In this document: piece by piece, positions 1 through 11,875 of the stretch
Layout of the letters: each line of letters starts with the position of its first letter
How positions within the stretch are numbered: the stretch's first letter is position 1
Assembly: GCF_036971445.1 (NCBI RefSeq)
Contig: NC_091469.1
Coordinates: forward strand, 240,622,001-240,686,000
Direction: 5' to 3'
Origin: Narcine bancroftii
Taxonomy: Eukaryota
DNA length: 64,000 bases
Notes under the pieces: generated by a model
Told to the model about the DNA's origin: nothing
Databases searched by the model: none
What the model saw: only the letters and a program-made list of their open reading frames with translations
Position numbers and translations under genes: made by a program

Positions 1-1360
1 CCCCTGCACCCTCCACATCTCTGCAAACCCACCCGGTCCTCTACATCTCTGCTTGTCACTGTAACCCCTCAAGTCCCCTGCACCCCTCCCTATCTCCATT
101 ATCCTCTCCTGTCCCCAACATCCCTCACTATCTCTGCAACATCTTTCTTTCCCCTCTCACCCCTTCTGGTCCCCTGCACCCCTCCCCGTCTCTGTACCCA
201 CCACCACCCCGTCCCGCCTGCCAGTCTGCTGCACTGCTCCCTGTTGAAGTAAACACCTTCAGTCCCAAACATCCCTCCCTATCACTGTAAACTCCTCCCA
301 TCCCCTGCACATCTCCCTGTCTTTGTAAACCCCTGCAGGCCTCTATCTCCCTTCCTGTCTTGATAATCTCCTGTTACCCTTCACCTCTCCCTGTCTCAAT
401 ACTCCCTCTGTTCTTGTACACTCCTCCCTATCTCAGTAATCCCCTCCATTCACCTAGACTCCTCACACCCTCTGTCACCCCCTCGGTCCCTTTTACCCCT
501 CTTCCCCCTCTCTAACATCCCTCCCTGTCTATTCCACCCACTCTGCTACCCAATGCTACTAGCTCATGTCCTCTGCATCCCGTCCTGTCTCTGCAAATCC
601 ATCCAGTCCCCAGCACCTCTGCTTGTCCTGGTCACCCTTCTGGGCCCCTACACCACTCCCTATCTCTGTACCCCCATTTAGTCACCTATAGCCCTCGCTG
701 TCTTTGTTACACATCTACTGCTCTCTGTCAACCCCCTCTGGTCCCCTGCACTCCCTCCTTTGCTCTAACACCCATCGCTCCCCTACACTCCTCTCTGTCA
801 TGGTAAAACCCCTCCAGTCACCTATAACCCTCCCTGTCAGTCTCCCATACTGATTCCATTATACCCCTTACATTTCTGTTACCCCACCCCGCCCACTCAA
901 GACCCGACACACCTACCTGTCTCTGTACCCTATCCCTGCAGTCCGTGACACCCTTCCCTGTCAAAGTAAACAGCTCCAGCCACCAACAACCCACCTATCA
1001 CTGTAACTGTCTCCTATTCCCAGAACCCCTCTCTGTTTCAGTAAACCCCTCAGTGCCCCTGCACCCCTCACTTTCTCTGTAATTCCCTCTGGTTACCTGC
1101 TCTACTCCCTTTCTTTGCAAACCCTTCCCCAGCTCTATGACCCACCCTATGTCCCCGACATCTGTCATTGTCTCTGTAACTTCCTCCTTTCTCCTCCACC
1201 CCTCTCTGGTCCCTGGCATCCCTTCCTGTCTCTGTCACCTTCTCCAGTCCCCAAACATTCCTCACCATCACTATAACCCCACCTCTGGTCCCCTGCACAC
1301 CCTTCCCATCGGTGTCATCCCCTCCTCTCCCCTACTCCCCTCCCCACCTCTGTAACCCCC
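1..1360. repeat. Degenerate pyrimidine-rich minisatellite (about 35-40 bp unit)
   Basis: Recurring ctctgtaacccc...gtcccctgcacccctccc motifs with strong C/T skew. Confidence 0.75.
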
Positions 1361-1619
1361 GGTCAGTGAGGTATGTCACAGGTACAAATGGGAAAAGACT
1401 GGTCAGGGAAGTCAAAATTCTTGATCGCCTTCATTCAGCCACGATCCTATTGAATAATGGGGCAGGTTCACAGACCAGATTACCTTCTCCTATTTTTATT
1501 TTTCTCTGTTCTGAGGACAAATTTGCTGTCTTTCTTAATCTATTCAAAAAGGAAAATTATAAAGATGTTTCAAATGAAACTACAGGAATACTTGTGTTTG
1601 CTGGTCTTTTTACCATCTT

Positions 1620-2760
1620 TTTATATGCCTCAAAAGTTCCAACACCCCCTCTTTCCTAACCTTACATTTTCCATAATCACCCCTTTTGCTTCTCTTATCC
1701 TACACAATTCCATATCCTTTTCCCCAGTGAATACAGAAGAGAAGAACTCATTCAATATCTCCCCCATCTCATTCAGCTCCGCACACAGTTGTCTGCTCTG
1801 ATTCTCTAAGGAGCCAGTTTTATCCTTCACTCTCCTTTTGCTATTTACATATTTGTAAAAACCCTTCGGATTTACTTTCACCCTGTTCGCTATTGCCACC
1901 TCGAACCTTCTTTTCACTTTTCTAATTTCTCTCAATTCTTTTTACAATCCATATATTTTCCAAGCATCTCATTTACATCTTGTTTCTTATATTTAATGTA
2001 GCCCTCCATTTTAATTCGAACCAAATTTATGACATCCCTTGAAAACCACAGCTCTCTCAAACTTTTGGTTCTGCCTTTCATCCAAACAGGAACATAAAGA
2101 TTCTGCACCCTCAAAATTTTGCCTTTAAATGCCCTCCAGTTCTCCTCTACCTCCTTCCCATAAAACAAATCAGCCCAAACCACTTTTGCAAATCCCTTCT
2201 CATTTCTTCAAATCTGGCTTTTCCCCACTCAAAGACCTTCATCGTCGGACCAGACCTATCTCCTTTCCATAATTAAGCTGAAACTAATGGTACCATGATC
2301 ACTGGATCCAAAGTGCTTCCCAACACACACCTCTGTCACCTGCCCTATTTCATTCTCCAACAGTAGATCCAACACTCCCCCTTCTCTTCTAGTGGGCACC
2401 TCAATGCATTGCTGCAAAAAACTATCCTTCACACATTTTACAAATTCTAATCCATCCAGCCCCTTCACAGAATGTGTTTCCCAATGTATATTAGGAAAAT
2501 TAAAATCCCCGCATTAACACAACCCTGTGCTTATTACAAATATCTGCAATTTCCTTACAAATTTGCTTCTGTTTCTTGCTCCCCACTAGGTGGTCTATAA
2601 TACACTCCGAAAAGTGTAACTTCTCCTTTTCCATTTTTAAATTCCACTCATACCACCTCCCTTGAAGAGTTCTTCAATCTATCTCGCATCAGCACTGCTG
2701 TAATATTTTCCCTGACTAGCAATGCCACATCCCCCCCTTACCCCTCCAATTCTATCACAC
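1620..2760 (-). mobile_element. CR1 LINE ORF2 fragment (degraded)
   Basis: Peptides LDGLEFVKCVKDSFLQQCIEVPTR..LDLLL..FGSSDH and VKVNPKGFYKYVNSKR..EILNEFFSSVFT. Confidence 0.88.
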
Positions 2761-3224
2761 CTTCACCTATCAAGCCTTCTCTGTTTGCAGTCTAACCCAC
2801 TTCTTGCTGTTCCCCTTTATTTGGTTCCCTTTGGTTTAAAGCCTCCTGAGTAGCCGTAGCAAATGCCCCCACCAGGATCCTGGTCCCCCTGGGATTCATA
2901 TGCAACTCATCCGTTCGGTCTCCTCCAAAAAAGTATACTGTTTGACCTGCTGAGTTTCTCCAGTGTTGTGTTTTAACCCTAATATGGTCTGTAAGGTGCT
3001 GCAGTTGGGTGGAATTCTCGCATGATCATGTTGTGCAGGAGGAGCATGTTGCTATCCTGGTTGGCATTCCCATTGCCTTTTATACATCAAAGAGTTACAA
3101 AAATCCTGTCCTTACCTTGCCTCAATTCTTGCAACTCCACTTCACCTTCTGTTCACTGAAACATCTCGAACCAAAGCCTCAAAATCTCACTTCTTCACTG
3201 AGCCACTCACACAATTTAAAAATT

Positions 3225-3425
3225 GAATTTAAATTTAGATCTTCACCACAGTAACAGGCCATTTTGGCCCACGGATCCATGAGGGATGGGAGGAAACCGG
3301 AGGCCCCAGGGGAAAACTCATGCAGACATGGGGAGAATGTACAAACTCCTTTCAAACAGCATGGGATTTGAACCCTGGCCCTGGTCACTGGCGCTGTAAA
3401 GGCCACCCCTGCCAACCATGCCTCC
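3225..3425 (-). mobile_element. HE1/V-SINE-like tRNA SINE
   Basis: Reverse complement of the gagtttgtacattctcccc...ggtttcctccc core and ggcctgttac tail shared with other copies in the window. Confidence 0.75.
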
Positions 3426-4214
3426 CTTTAGATGATTTAATTTTTACTATTGTAGTTGGTGTATCTTACATACCTGTGTGGGTGCAACAAGAAAGAATTT
3501 CAATGCATCTGTACATTATACTTCTGTGTATAGAATGAACTCCCATTCATTCTCTCATTGTACCCATATCTGTGAATGAATGAAAACCTCAGTATCAGAC
3601 TGGAACCAGAAGTGCACTGAGACTTAAAGCATTTTGCATTGTGAGATCCAATTGGCATGGCCTCTTAATCCTGGAGAGCTAGTAAAGCAGCCTCTACAGT
3701 GAAACAAGAACAATCATGGTCCTCTCACTTTATTTTTTCACCTCTCAACCACTCTTATTTGACAAAAAGGTACATCTGGATCATTTGAAAGCAGCTGTAA
3801 CTGCAGCACTGAATTGTACCAGAGGCTGTGGTTCCTGAGGGGACCTAGAATTTGTGGCAGTAGTTTTTGAGGTGGGAATCCAGCCAGGCATCAGTGATGT
3901 GCTGGAGTTATATAAACCTAATGATTTGGCAGGGCACTATGTGTGAGAGTGCTCTAATCCATATCACAGAGTCCTGCCTTATACTCTCATACTCATTAAT
4001 GCTCTCTCCAATTGCAATTAGGTAACAGGCATAGACAATTTTGGCCCTTTGGCCCAACTTGTTCATGCTGACCAAGTTGCCTACTTGAGCTAGTCCTAGT
4101 GGCCTGTGTTTGGCCCATAAACCCTGACTTACAACATCCCAACTTGCGATATTTCAAAGATACGATAGAATCAGGCACTTTCAGCTTCAAGTTATGATGT
4201 ATCCCCGCACTTAT

Positions 4215-4365
4215 AGGAACATAGGAAGTAGGAACAGGAGTAGGCCAAAAATGGCCCATCGAGCCTGCTCCGCCATTCAATACGATCATGGGTGATCTAA
4301 TTTATGACCTAACTCCACCTACCTGCCTTCTCCCCATATCCCCTAATTCCTCTATCATGTAAAAA
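4215..4365 (-). mobile_element. CR1-type 3' end fragment
   Basis: ataggaacataggaagtaggaacaggagtaggcc...gagcctgctccgccattcaat, a typical chondrichthyan CR1 tail. Confidence 0.65.
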
Positions 4366-5355
4366 CATTCTGATCTTACTTGCGATACGTGGCACAGCTT
4401 TGTATTCTTTTTCAGTTTAAATTATGTTATATTAAAAGTTTTCAGCATTTAAATAACATTTAGATTTTAAAAAACAGTAGTGTGCATTGCAGTAATGTTT
4501 TTTTCACAGATTAAATTGTGTTGTATAAAAGGTTTTCAATATTTAAATTAAATTTAAATTAAAAAAACAGTAAAGAGCACTATTGTTTCAACTTACAATA
4601 ATTTCAACTAACGATGGGAATCCCAAAACTACCGATAGGTCTTCCTGTATTCCTCTAAACCCTTGCTATCCATGTTCCTGCAAAAACAGCTTTTAACTAG
4701 TACAATTGTCCCACCTTAGGCAGCTTCAAGTTCCACTTTTGGACCATGCAGCGTAAACCCACACAAGAGGAGATTCTCTGGGCAAAATCAGCAGCTCTGA
4801 AATTGAATTCCATGTGTTCTTCAATTCTTTAACTTCATTTACTGTTAATTTTGAGGGAACTGTTGCTTTAGAGTGAGCTGATGTGGCAGTGACATTTCCT
4901 CAGTCCCACTTTTCTCATCTTCACTTTCACTCGTGCCATGCATTATTTCAAAACAAGATTCATTTTGGAGGCTGAAGGTGAGTGTGAGGGGGGTGGTGAG
5001 AGTGGGGAGGGTGAGGGTGGTGGTAAGAGTGGGGAGGGTCAGGGAGCGGAGGAGTGCACAAGGGTGGGGAGGATAGATGACACTTTCCTTATTCTAATAT
5101 ATCTTAATTTCAAAGTATCATCTTGGAAAGCATGAGCTGTGCATTAAGACTTTCATAACGATGAATAACAAAGCATTTACTGTATAATAGAAATATAAAA
5201 AGTATATAAAGTTACAAATGACATAAAAGCTTTTATGTGGCTTCCTTCACATCTTGTAGACTCAAAGAGCAAGCCATTAATCAGTGTGGCTATAACATAT
5301 TACATCATAGTCACTATGGTAACACTACAAACAATAGTTCTCTTAAAGAGACATG

Positions 5356-5995
5356 TACAATTGGACGAAACAGCGTTCTTTGGTCTTAAATGTTAAAGAA
5401 CTTGCTAACGTGCATTTGGACATAGCACACAATATATATACATATATATATTTCAAATGAATAATATAGCTTGGTGAGATTGTATGAGCAGTTCATCAAT
5501 CATTCAACATTCTCACTACCCGTGGGAAGAAGCTGTTCCTCACCCTAGTGGTGTTGGCTCTGATCTTTCTGTATTTTTTTCTGAATGGTGAAAGGCTGGA
5601 AGATGCTAAGTACAGGGTGGTAAGTGTATATAACAATTTTACGAGCCCTCTTCAGACAATGATTCTGGTAGATCACATTGATGGCTGGTGGGGGCGGGGG
5701 GGGGGGGGGTGGGAGAGAGACCCCAGTGATTCTCTTTGCCGCTCTTATGATCCTGTGGATTGACCTCCAATCCAATGCTCTCCAGCAACCATACAACATT
5801 ATGCTGCAGCAAGCCAAGAAGTGACAGGGTAGTAGCCAGTAGCCTTACCCATCCCAGTCTTCCCACGAAGCGCACTAACTGTTGTACCTTCCTGGCAAAT
5901 GAGATGTTATGTGTCCAGGATACATTAATATTTAAGTGGATTCTAAGGAACTTGGTGCTTTGCATGATGAATTGTGTGCACAAAGATGTATTTAC
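5356..5995 (-). mobile_element. Rex1/Babar-like LINE 3' fragment
   Basis: TKFLRIHL..VSWTHN..KVQQ..RF..RL and IHRIIRAAKRITGVSLP peptides plus 3' UTR. Confidence 0.7.
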
Positions 5996-6010
5996 CCAGA
6001 TCCTTTTGTT

Positions 6011-7871
6011 TTCCTCGAAGGTGTCTTTGGCTTGGCTTCGTGGACGAAGATTTATGGAGAGGGTAAATGTCCACATCAGCTGCAGGCTCGATTGTGGCTG
6101 ACAAGTCCGATGCGGGACAGGCAGACACGGTTGCAGTGGTTGCAGGGGAAAATTGGTGGGTTGGGGTTGGGTGTTGGGTTTTTCCTCCTTTGTCTTTTGT
6201 CAGTGAGGTGGGCTCTGCAGTCTTCTTCAAAGGTGGTTGCTGCCCGCCGAACTGTGAGGCGCCAAGATGCACGGTTTGAGGCGATATCAGCCCACTGGCG
6301 GTGGTCAATGTGGCAGGCACCAAGATATTTCTTTAGGCAGTCCTTGTACCTCTTCTTTGGTGCACCTCTGTCACGGTGGCCAGTGGAGAGCTCGCCATAT
6401 AACACGATCTTGGGAAGGCGATGGTCCTCCATTCTGGAGACGTGACCCACCCAGCGCAGCTGGATCTTCAGCAGCGTGGACTCGATGCTGTCGACCTCTG
6501 CCATCTCGAGTACTTCGATGTTAGGGATGAAGGCGCTCCAATGAATGTTGAGGATGGAGCGGAGACAACGCTGGTGGAAGCGTTCTAGGAGCCGTAGGTG
6601 ATGCCGGTAGAGGACCCATGATTCGGAGCCGAACAGGAGTGTGGGTATGACAACAGCTCTGTATACACTTATCTTTGTGAGGTTTTTCAGTTGGTTGTTT
6701 TTCCAGACTCTTTTGTGTAGTCTTCCAAAAGCGCTATTTGCCTTGGCGAGTCTGTTGTCTATCTCATTGTCGATCCTTGCATCTGATGAAATGGTGCAGC
6801 CGAGATAGGTAAACTGGTTGACCGTTTTGAGTTTTGTGTGCCCGATGGAGATGTGGGGGGGCTGGTAGTCATGGTGGGGAGCTGGCTGATGGAGGACCTC
6901 CGTTTTCTTCAGGCTGATTTCCAGGCCAAACATTTTGGCAGTTTCCGCAAAACAGGACGTCAAGCGCTGAAGAGCTGGCTCTGAATGGGCAACTAAAGCG
7001 GCATCGTCTGCAAAGAGTAGTTCACAGACAAGTTTCTCTTGTTCTTGGTGTGAGCTTGCAGGCGCCTCAGATTGAAGAGACTGCCATCCGTGCGGTACCG
7101 GATGTAAACAGCGTCTTCATTGTTGAGGTCTTTCATGGGTAGGTTTATCATCATGCTGAAGAAGATTGAAAAGAGGGTTGGTGCGACAACACAGCCTTGT
7201 TTCACGCCATTGTTAATGGAGAAGGGTTCAGAGAGCTCATGCTGTATCTGACCCGACCTTGTTGGTTTTCGTGCAGTTGGATAACCATGTTGAGGAACTT
7301 TGGGGGGCATCCGATGCGCTCTAGTATTTGCCAAAGCCCTTTCCTGCTCATGGTGTCGAAGGCTTTGGTGAGGTCAACAAAGGTGATGTAGAGTCCTTTG
7401 TTTTGTTCTCTGCACTTTTCTTGGAGCTGTCTGAGGGCAAAGACCATGTCAGTAGTTCCTCTGTTTGCGCGAAAGCCGCACTGTGATTCTGGGAGAATAT
7501 TCTCGGCGACACTAGGTATTATTCTATTTAGGAGAATCCTAGCGAAGATTTTGCCTGCAATGGAGAGCAGCGTGATTCCCCTGTAGTTTGAGCAGTCTGA
7601 TTTCTTGCCTTTGTTTTTGTACAGGGTGATGATGATGGCATCACGAAGGTCCTGAGGCAGTTTTCCTTGGTCCCAACAAAGCTTGAAAAACTCATGCAGT
7701 TTGACATGCAGAGTTTTGCCACCAGCCTTCCAGACCTCTGGGGGGATTCCATCCATACCTGCTGCTTTGCCACTTTTCAGTTGTTCAATTGCCTTATATG
7801 ACTCATCCTGGGTGAGGACCTCATCCAGCTCTAGCCTTAGGGGCTGTTGAGGGAGCTGGAGCAGGGCGGAA
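6011..7871 (-). mobile_element. RTE-clade LINE, 5'-truncated, RT domain with frameshifts
   Basis: ORFs 7202-7894, 6993-7334 and 6076-6963: GKAAGMDGIP, NYRGITLLS, ESQCGFR, FVDLTKAFD, GVKQGC, FTYLG, C-terminal CxxC, and a gccaagccaaag tail. Confidence 0.95.
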
Positions 7872-8742
7872 TCTAGCACCTGGATCAAACACACTGAAAG
7901 AACAATTATCCAAGATGCTCAGAAAGTGTAGAAACAGGAGATGTAATGTTGCTCAGCCTGGTGAACAGAACGACAGTACCCAAAACACATTTAAGTAACC
8001 TCTGACACCCAGCATAAATCCATCCCCAGTTGTAGTCAGCTATCAAACGTTCTTAATGTTCCAAATACTGCATTCTGAAACTGAGGCATGAGACTGGTTT
8101 CCCTGATTTCTCCAAAGAGCTGAAAAAACAAACTCCAACATTTCCCATGATACACTCCATCTGCCATCTCACATAAACTTTCTATATCTTCTTGTGTCCT
8201 CTTTACTGTTACCTATCTTTGTAAGATCAGAAAACTTTGATCACAGGCTCCATCATTTAAAAAAATTTGGACCTTCTGGCCCAGCAGCCCTTGCTTGCCC
8301 AAATACCCCAACTAACTAATCTGGAGGTGAAATCTTGAGGGATATGTGGCATTTTACTTGTTGCAGCTTAAAAACCTGAAAATGACCCAATGAGCTCAAT
8401 GCTTCACCCTCCTAAACATCACCTTCCCCACCCTTACATTCTCCTCCCTTACACTCCTCACCCTCCAGACCCTCACATTTTCCTCCCTCACACCCTCCTC
8501 CTACACTCCCTGTAAAGGTTAAAACCTTGTGTTATATATGTATATATATATATGTATATGTATATATATTGTGTGCTATGTCCAAATGCACGTTATCAAG
8601 TTTTTTAACATTTAAGACCAAAGAACGCTGTTTCGTCCAATTGTAATTTACGATTGTATTGTAATAAACGACTTGAACTTGAAATAGAATTCAGGCTCAA
8701 ACTCTCTGTCCCAAATACACTTCAGCCACAGGTAAGAAGTGT

Positions 8743-8980
8743 TGCGATAGTACAGATCTATCACCAATGTACATAGTGTATATAGTTACTTTATCTAGAC
8801 TGTGCTTACAGTGATTGGCTGAGAGCTAAGCCACGCCTACTGTCTGGGCCTTAAAGGGTTGTGTCCCTAGCCAGGTCGGATCATTCCGGACTGGTCGGCC
8901 ACCTGTGAAGAGCTCCTGTCTTTTGCTAATAAAAGCCTTGGTTTGGATCAACGTCTTTGATTCTTTCGACGAGCTCTACA
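8743..8980 (+). mobile_element. Gypsy-type solo LTR
   Basis: TG...CA ends and AATAAA. Homologous to the LTR attached to Gypsy internal sequence at 14838-15044. Confidence 0.75.
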
Positions 8981-9213
8981 CCTGTGCATCCAGAAAAGTT
9001 GCCACAGCTATCGCAGACAGCAAGTTCTGGCTCATTTCTGTTCGGCTCTTTATTAATAGTTGCTTGTTCTGCAGCTTTATTCTCACATTGGTTTTACAGA
9101 TATTATTCATACTTTTGTGTCTTTGAGAAACAATCTTCGCAAGCGGAACAGATAAGAACTTGGTTTCTCAACAAATTTAGAAATTTCCTTAAAATAGGAG
9201 CTGGAGTAGTTGG

Positions 9214-9440
9214 TGTAGTGCGCGTCGAAAGAATCAAAGACTTGTTGATCCAAACCAAGGCTTTTATTAACTAAAAGACTGGAGCATATCACAAGTTGGT
9301 CGACCAGTCCAGAATGGCCTGGTCTGGCAAGGAGGAATCCTTTAAGACCTGCCAGTAGGTGTGGCTAAGCTCTCAGCCAATCACAGTCATCCTACACTAC
9401 AATCCGTACATATACATATTGGTGATAGAATATGTACACA
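9214..9440 (-). mobile_element. Gypsy-type solo LTR, inverted relative to 8743-8980
   Basis: Reverse-complement similarity to the same LTR family (aataaaagccttggtttggatcaac). Confidence 0.75.
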
Positions 9441-9539
9441 GGTGGCAAACCTCATCACCCTGAGGGAAAATTACTTTGCATTCAGGCTGCCTGGAAACAA
9501 GTCAAATTGTGGCCCAGTAGGAGGGCATCGTCATTTATT

Positions 9540-9540
<1 letters not shown>

Positions 9541-9624
<84 letters not shown>
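9541..9624. repeat. (GA)n microsatellite
   Basis: Directly visible. Confidence 0.97.
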
Positions 9625-9631
<7 letters not shown>

Positions 9632-10104
9632 TTTGTTTTGGCTATACCATTTAAATCTTATTAAAATATCTAATTTTTGAAGCACACTGTATATGTGTAT
9701 AGTCACCTATGACTATGTCCTCCTTTTAGAATGGCCACCCTATGGGCCAGTATTAGTTTTATAACCTGAGCAGTGCAATCAGATAAATTAAATTTTAATT
9801 TTTGAGATTTTCTTTCCAAAATACACCAGGAAGAGGTCATTGTGCATGGTCCAACACAAAGTTATTGGATATCAGAGCTAATGAATAAGTTGATTTCTGA
9901 AGCTGTTCTTGCTCTGGGAATTTAATACTAATGAAAAGACTTTCAGATTCTGACAAGTGAGATAGTAAAAATACAAAATGCTGAAGAAGCTCAGCAGCAT
10001 TGTCCAGCATTTTGTGTTTTGACTTCAACCACAGTGTCCACAGATTTTTGTGATTTACAGGAGAGATACTGGTAGTAGCTCAGAAGATCATTACTATCAT
10101 CAGT

Positions 10105-10540
10105 TACTGCGCTGGGTGGGTCACGTCTCCAGAATGGAGGACCATGGCCTTCCCAAGATCGTGTTGTATTGTGAGCTCTCCACTGGCCACCGAGACAGAG
10201 GTGCACCAAAGAAGAGGTACAAGGACTGCTTAAAGAAATCTCTTGGAGCCTGCCACATTGACCACTGCCAGTGGGCTGATATTGTCTCCAACCGTGCATC
10301 TTGGTGCCTCACAGTTCGGCGGCCAGCAACCTCCTTTGAAGAAGACCGCAGAGCCCACTTCACTGACAAAAGACAAAGGAGGAAAAACCCAACACCCAAC
10401 CCCAACCAACCAATTTTCCCTTGCAACCGCTGCAACCATGCCTGCCTGTCCCGAATCGGACTTGTCAGTCACCAACGAGTCTGCAGCAGGTGTGGACATA
10501 CCCCTCCATAAATCTTCGTCTGCGAAGCCAAGCCAAAGAT
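10105..10540 (+). mobile_element. RTE LINE 3' fragment
   Basis: LRWVGHVSRMEDH..PKIVLY.ELSTGHRDRGAPKKRYKD, near-identical to the 6011-7871 copy. Confidence 0.93.
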
Positions 10541-10691
10541 ATAGCCAAACATTAGTAGTTAAGTATGATGAAGTCATTTTATTAGGTTACTTTCCTGCTT
10601 TAGTGTATGCACTTGATCATTCTTTTGTAATTTAACTTTTAAAATTATGGATCTATTGTGAAACCACAAAGTAAATTTGGAAGACTGAAGA

Positions 10692-10829
10692 NNNNNNNNN
10701 NNNNNNNNNNNNNNNNNNNNNNNNNNNNNNNNNNNNNNNNNNNNNNNNNNNNNNNNNNNNNNNNNNNNNNNNNNNNNNNNNNNNNNNNNNNNNNNNNNNN
10801 NNNNNNNNNNNNNNNNNNNNNNNNNNNNN
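10692..10829. other. Assembly gap (N run)
   Basis: Ns. Confidence 0.99.
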
Positions 10830-11389
10830 GTGAGAGAACGATCAAGAGGGATCGCGGTTGAACAGTTTGATGCTATGCGTGGAATTCCGGTGATTACAAT
10901 AAAAAGTAGTCTTGTGTACAAGATCATTTAAAATCAGTGTGCCATAAACAACACACGAGTGATTGAAATTAAAAAGTCCAAATCTTCCTCTATAATTGTA
11001 AAAACTTGACTTTCAGCCATTTAGAATGCACCGTTGACTATTTCAATCAATGTTAAAAAAACAAATTCACCTCCTTTCCCCATAAAAATGACAGCATATT
11101 ATTAATGATAGAACTCATTTAATTTTGAAGGCCTGAGTGGAAATAGTGGGGAGGAAGCAGAATTGAGTAACTAGATGAGTAGAAAAAGTGGGGTTGAAAC
11201 AGTGGGGTGGAAACAGAGGGGCGGAAACAGTGGAACCAGTGGGGAGCATGACGGATTAAGCTATATTTTATATTGTATATAGATATGTTTTTGGAAGATA
11301 GGTTGTGGGGTTTTTAGTTAGGTCACAGACAGATACAAACACTTCAAAACAGATCTCATTTAAATTGCCGGAGCTCTGCTCAAGCAATC

Positions 11390-11875
11390 TGCACTACTAC
11401 ACCCAAACAGACTGTGCATTATCCTGGAACAGCACATGCTCCAACCAGCACTACAACACCTGCATGGATTGCACACTATCTTGGACCCACACATAGTACA
11501 ACTGGGTCTACAACACATGATTACACTGTCCTGGTCCTGGAACTGCGCATGGTCCAACTGGCACTACAGCACTCGAATGGACTGCACATGATCCTGGAAT
11601 CACGCATGCTCCAACCGGCACTGCAACACCAGAACGGACTGCGCATGCACCTTAAACCACACATGGCCAATCGGTACTACAACACCTGAATGCACTGTGC
11701 CTGCTCCGAGAACCATGCATGCTCCAACCGGCACCACAACACCCAAATGGACTGCACATTATCCTGGTACCACTCATGCCGCAATCGGATCTACAACACA
11801 GACAGACAGCGTATTATCCTGGAACTGTCCATACTCCATTCAGCATTGCAATTCTTGAACAGACTGCACATGCTC
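11390..11875. repeat. About 57-bp tandem repeat, roughly 8 diverged copies
   Basis: cactacaacacc...ggactgcaca..atcctggaa...catgctccaacc recurs near 11392, 11449, 11506, 11561, 11619, 11676, 11731 and 11790. Confidence 0.85.
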
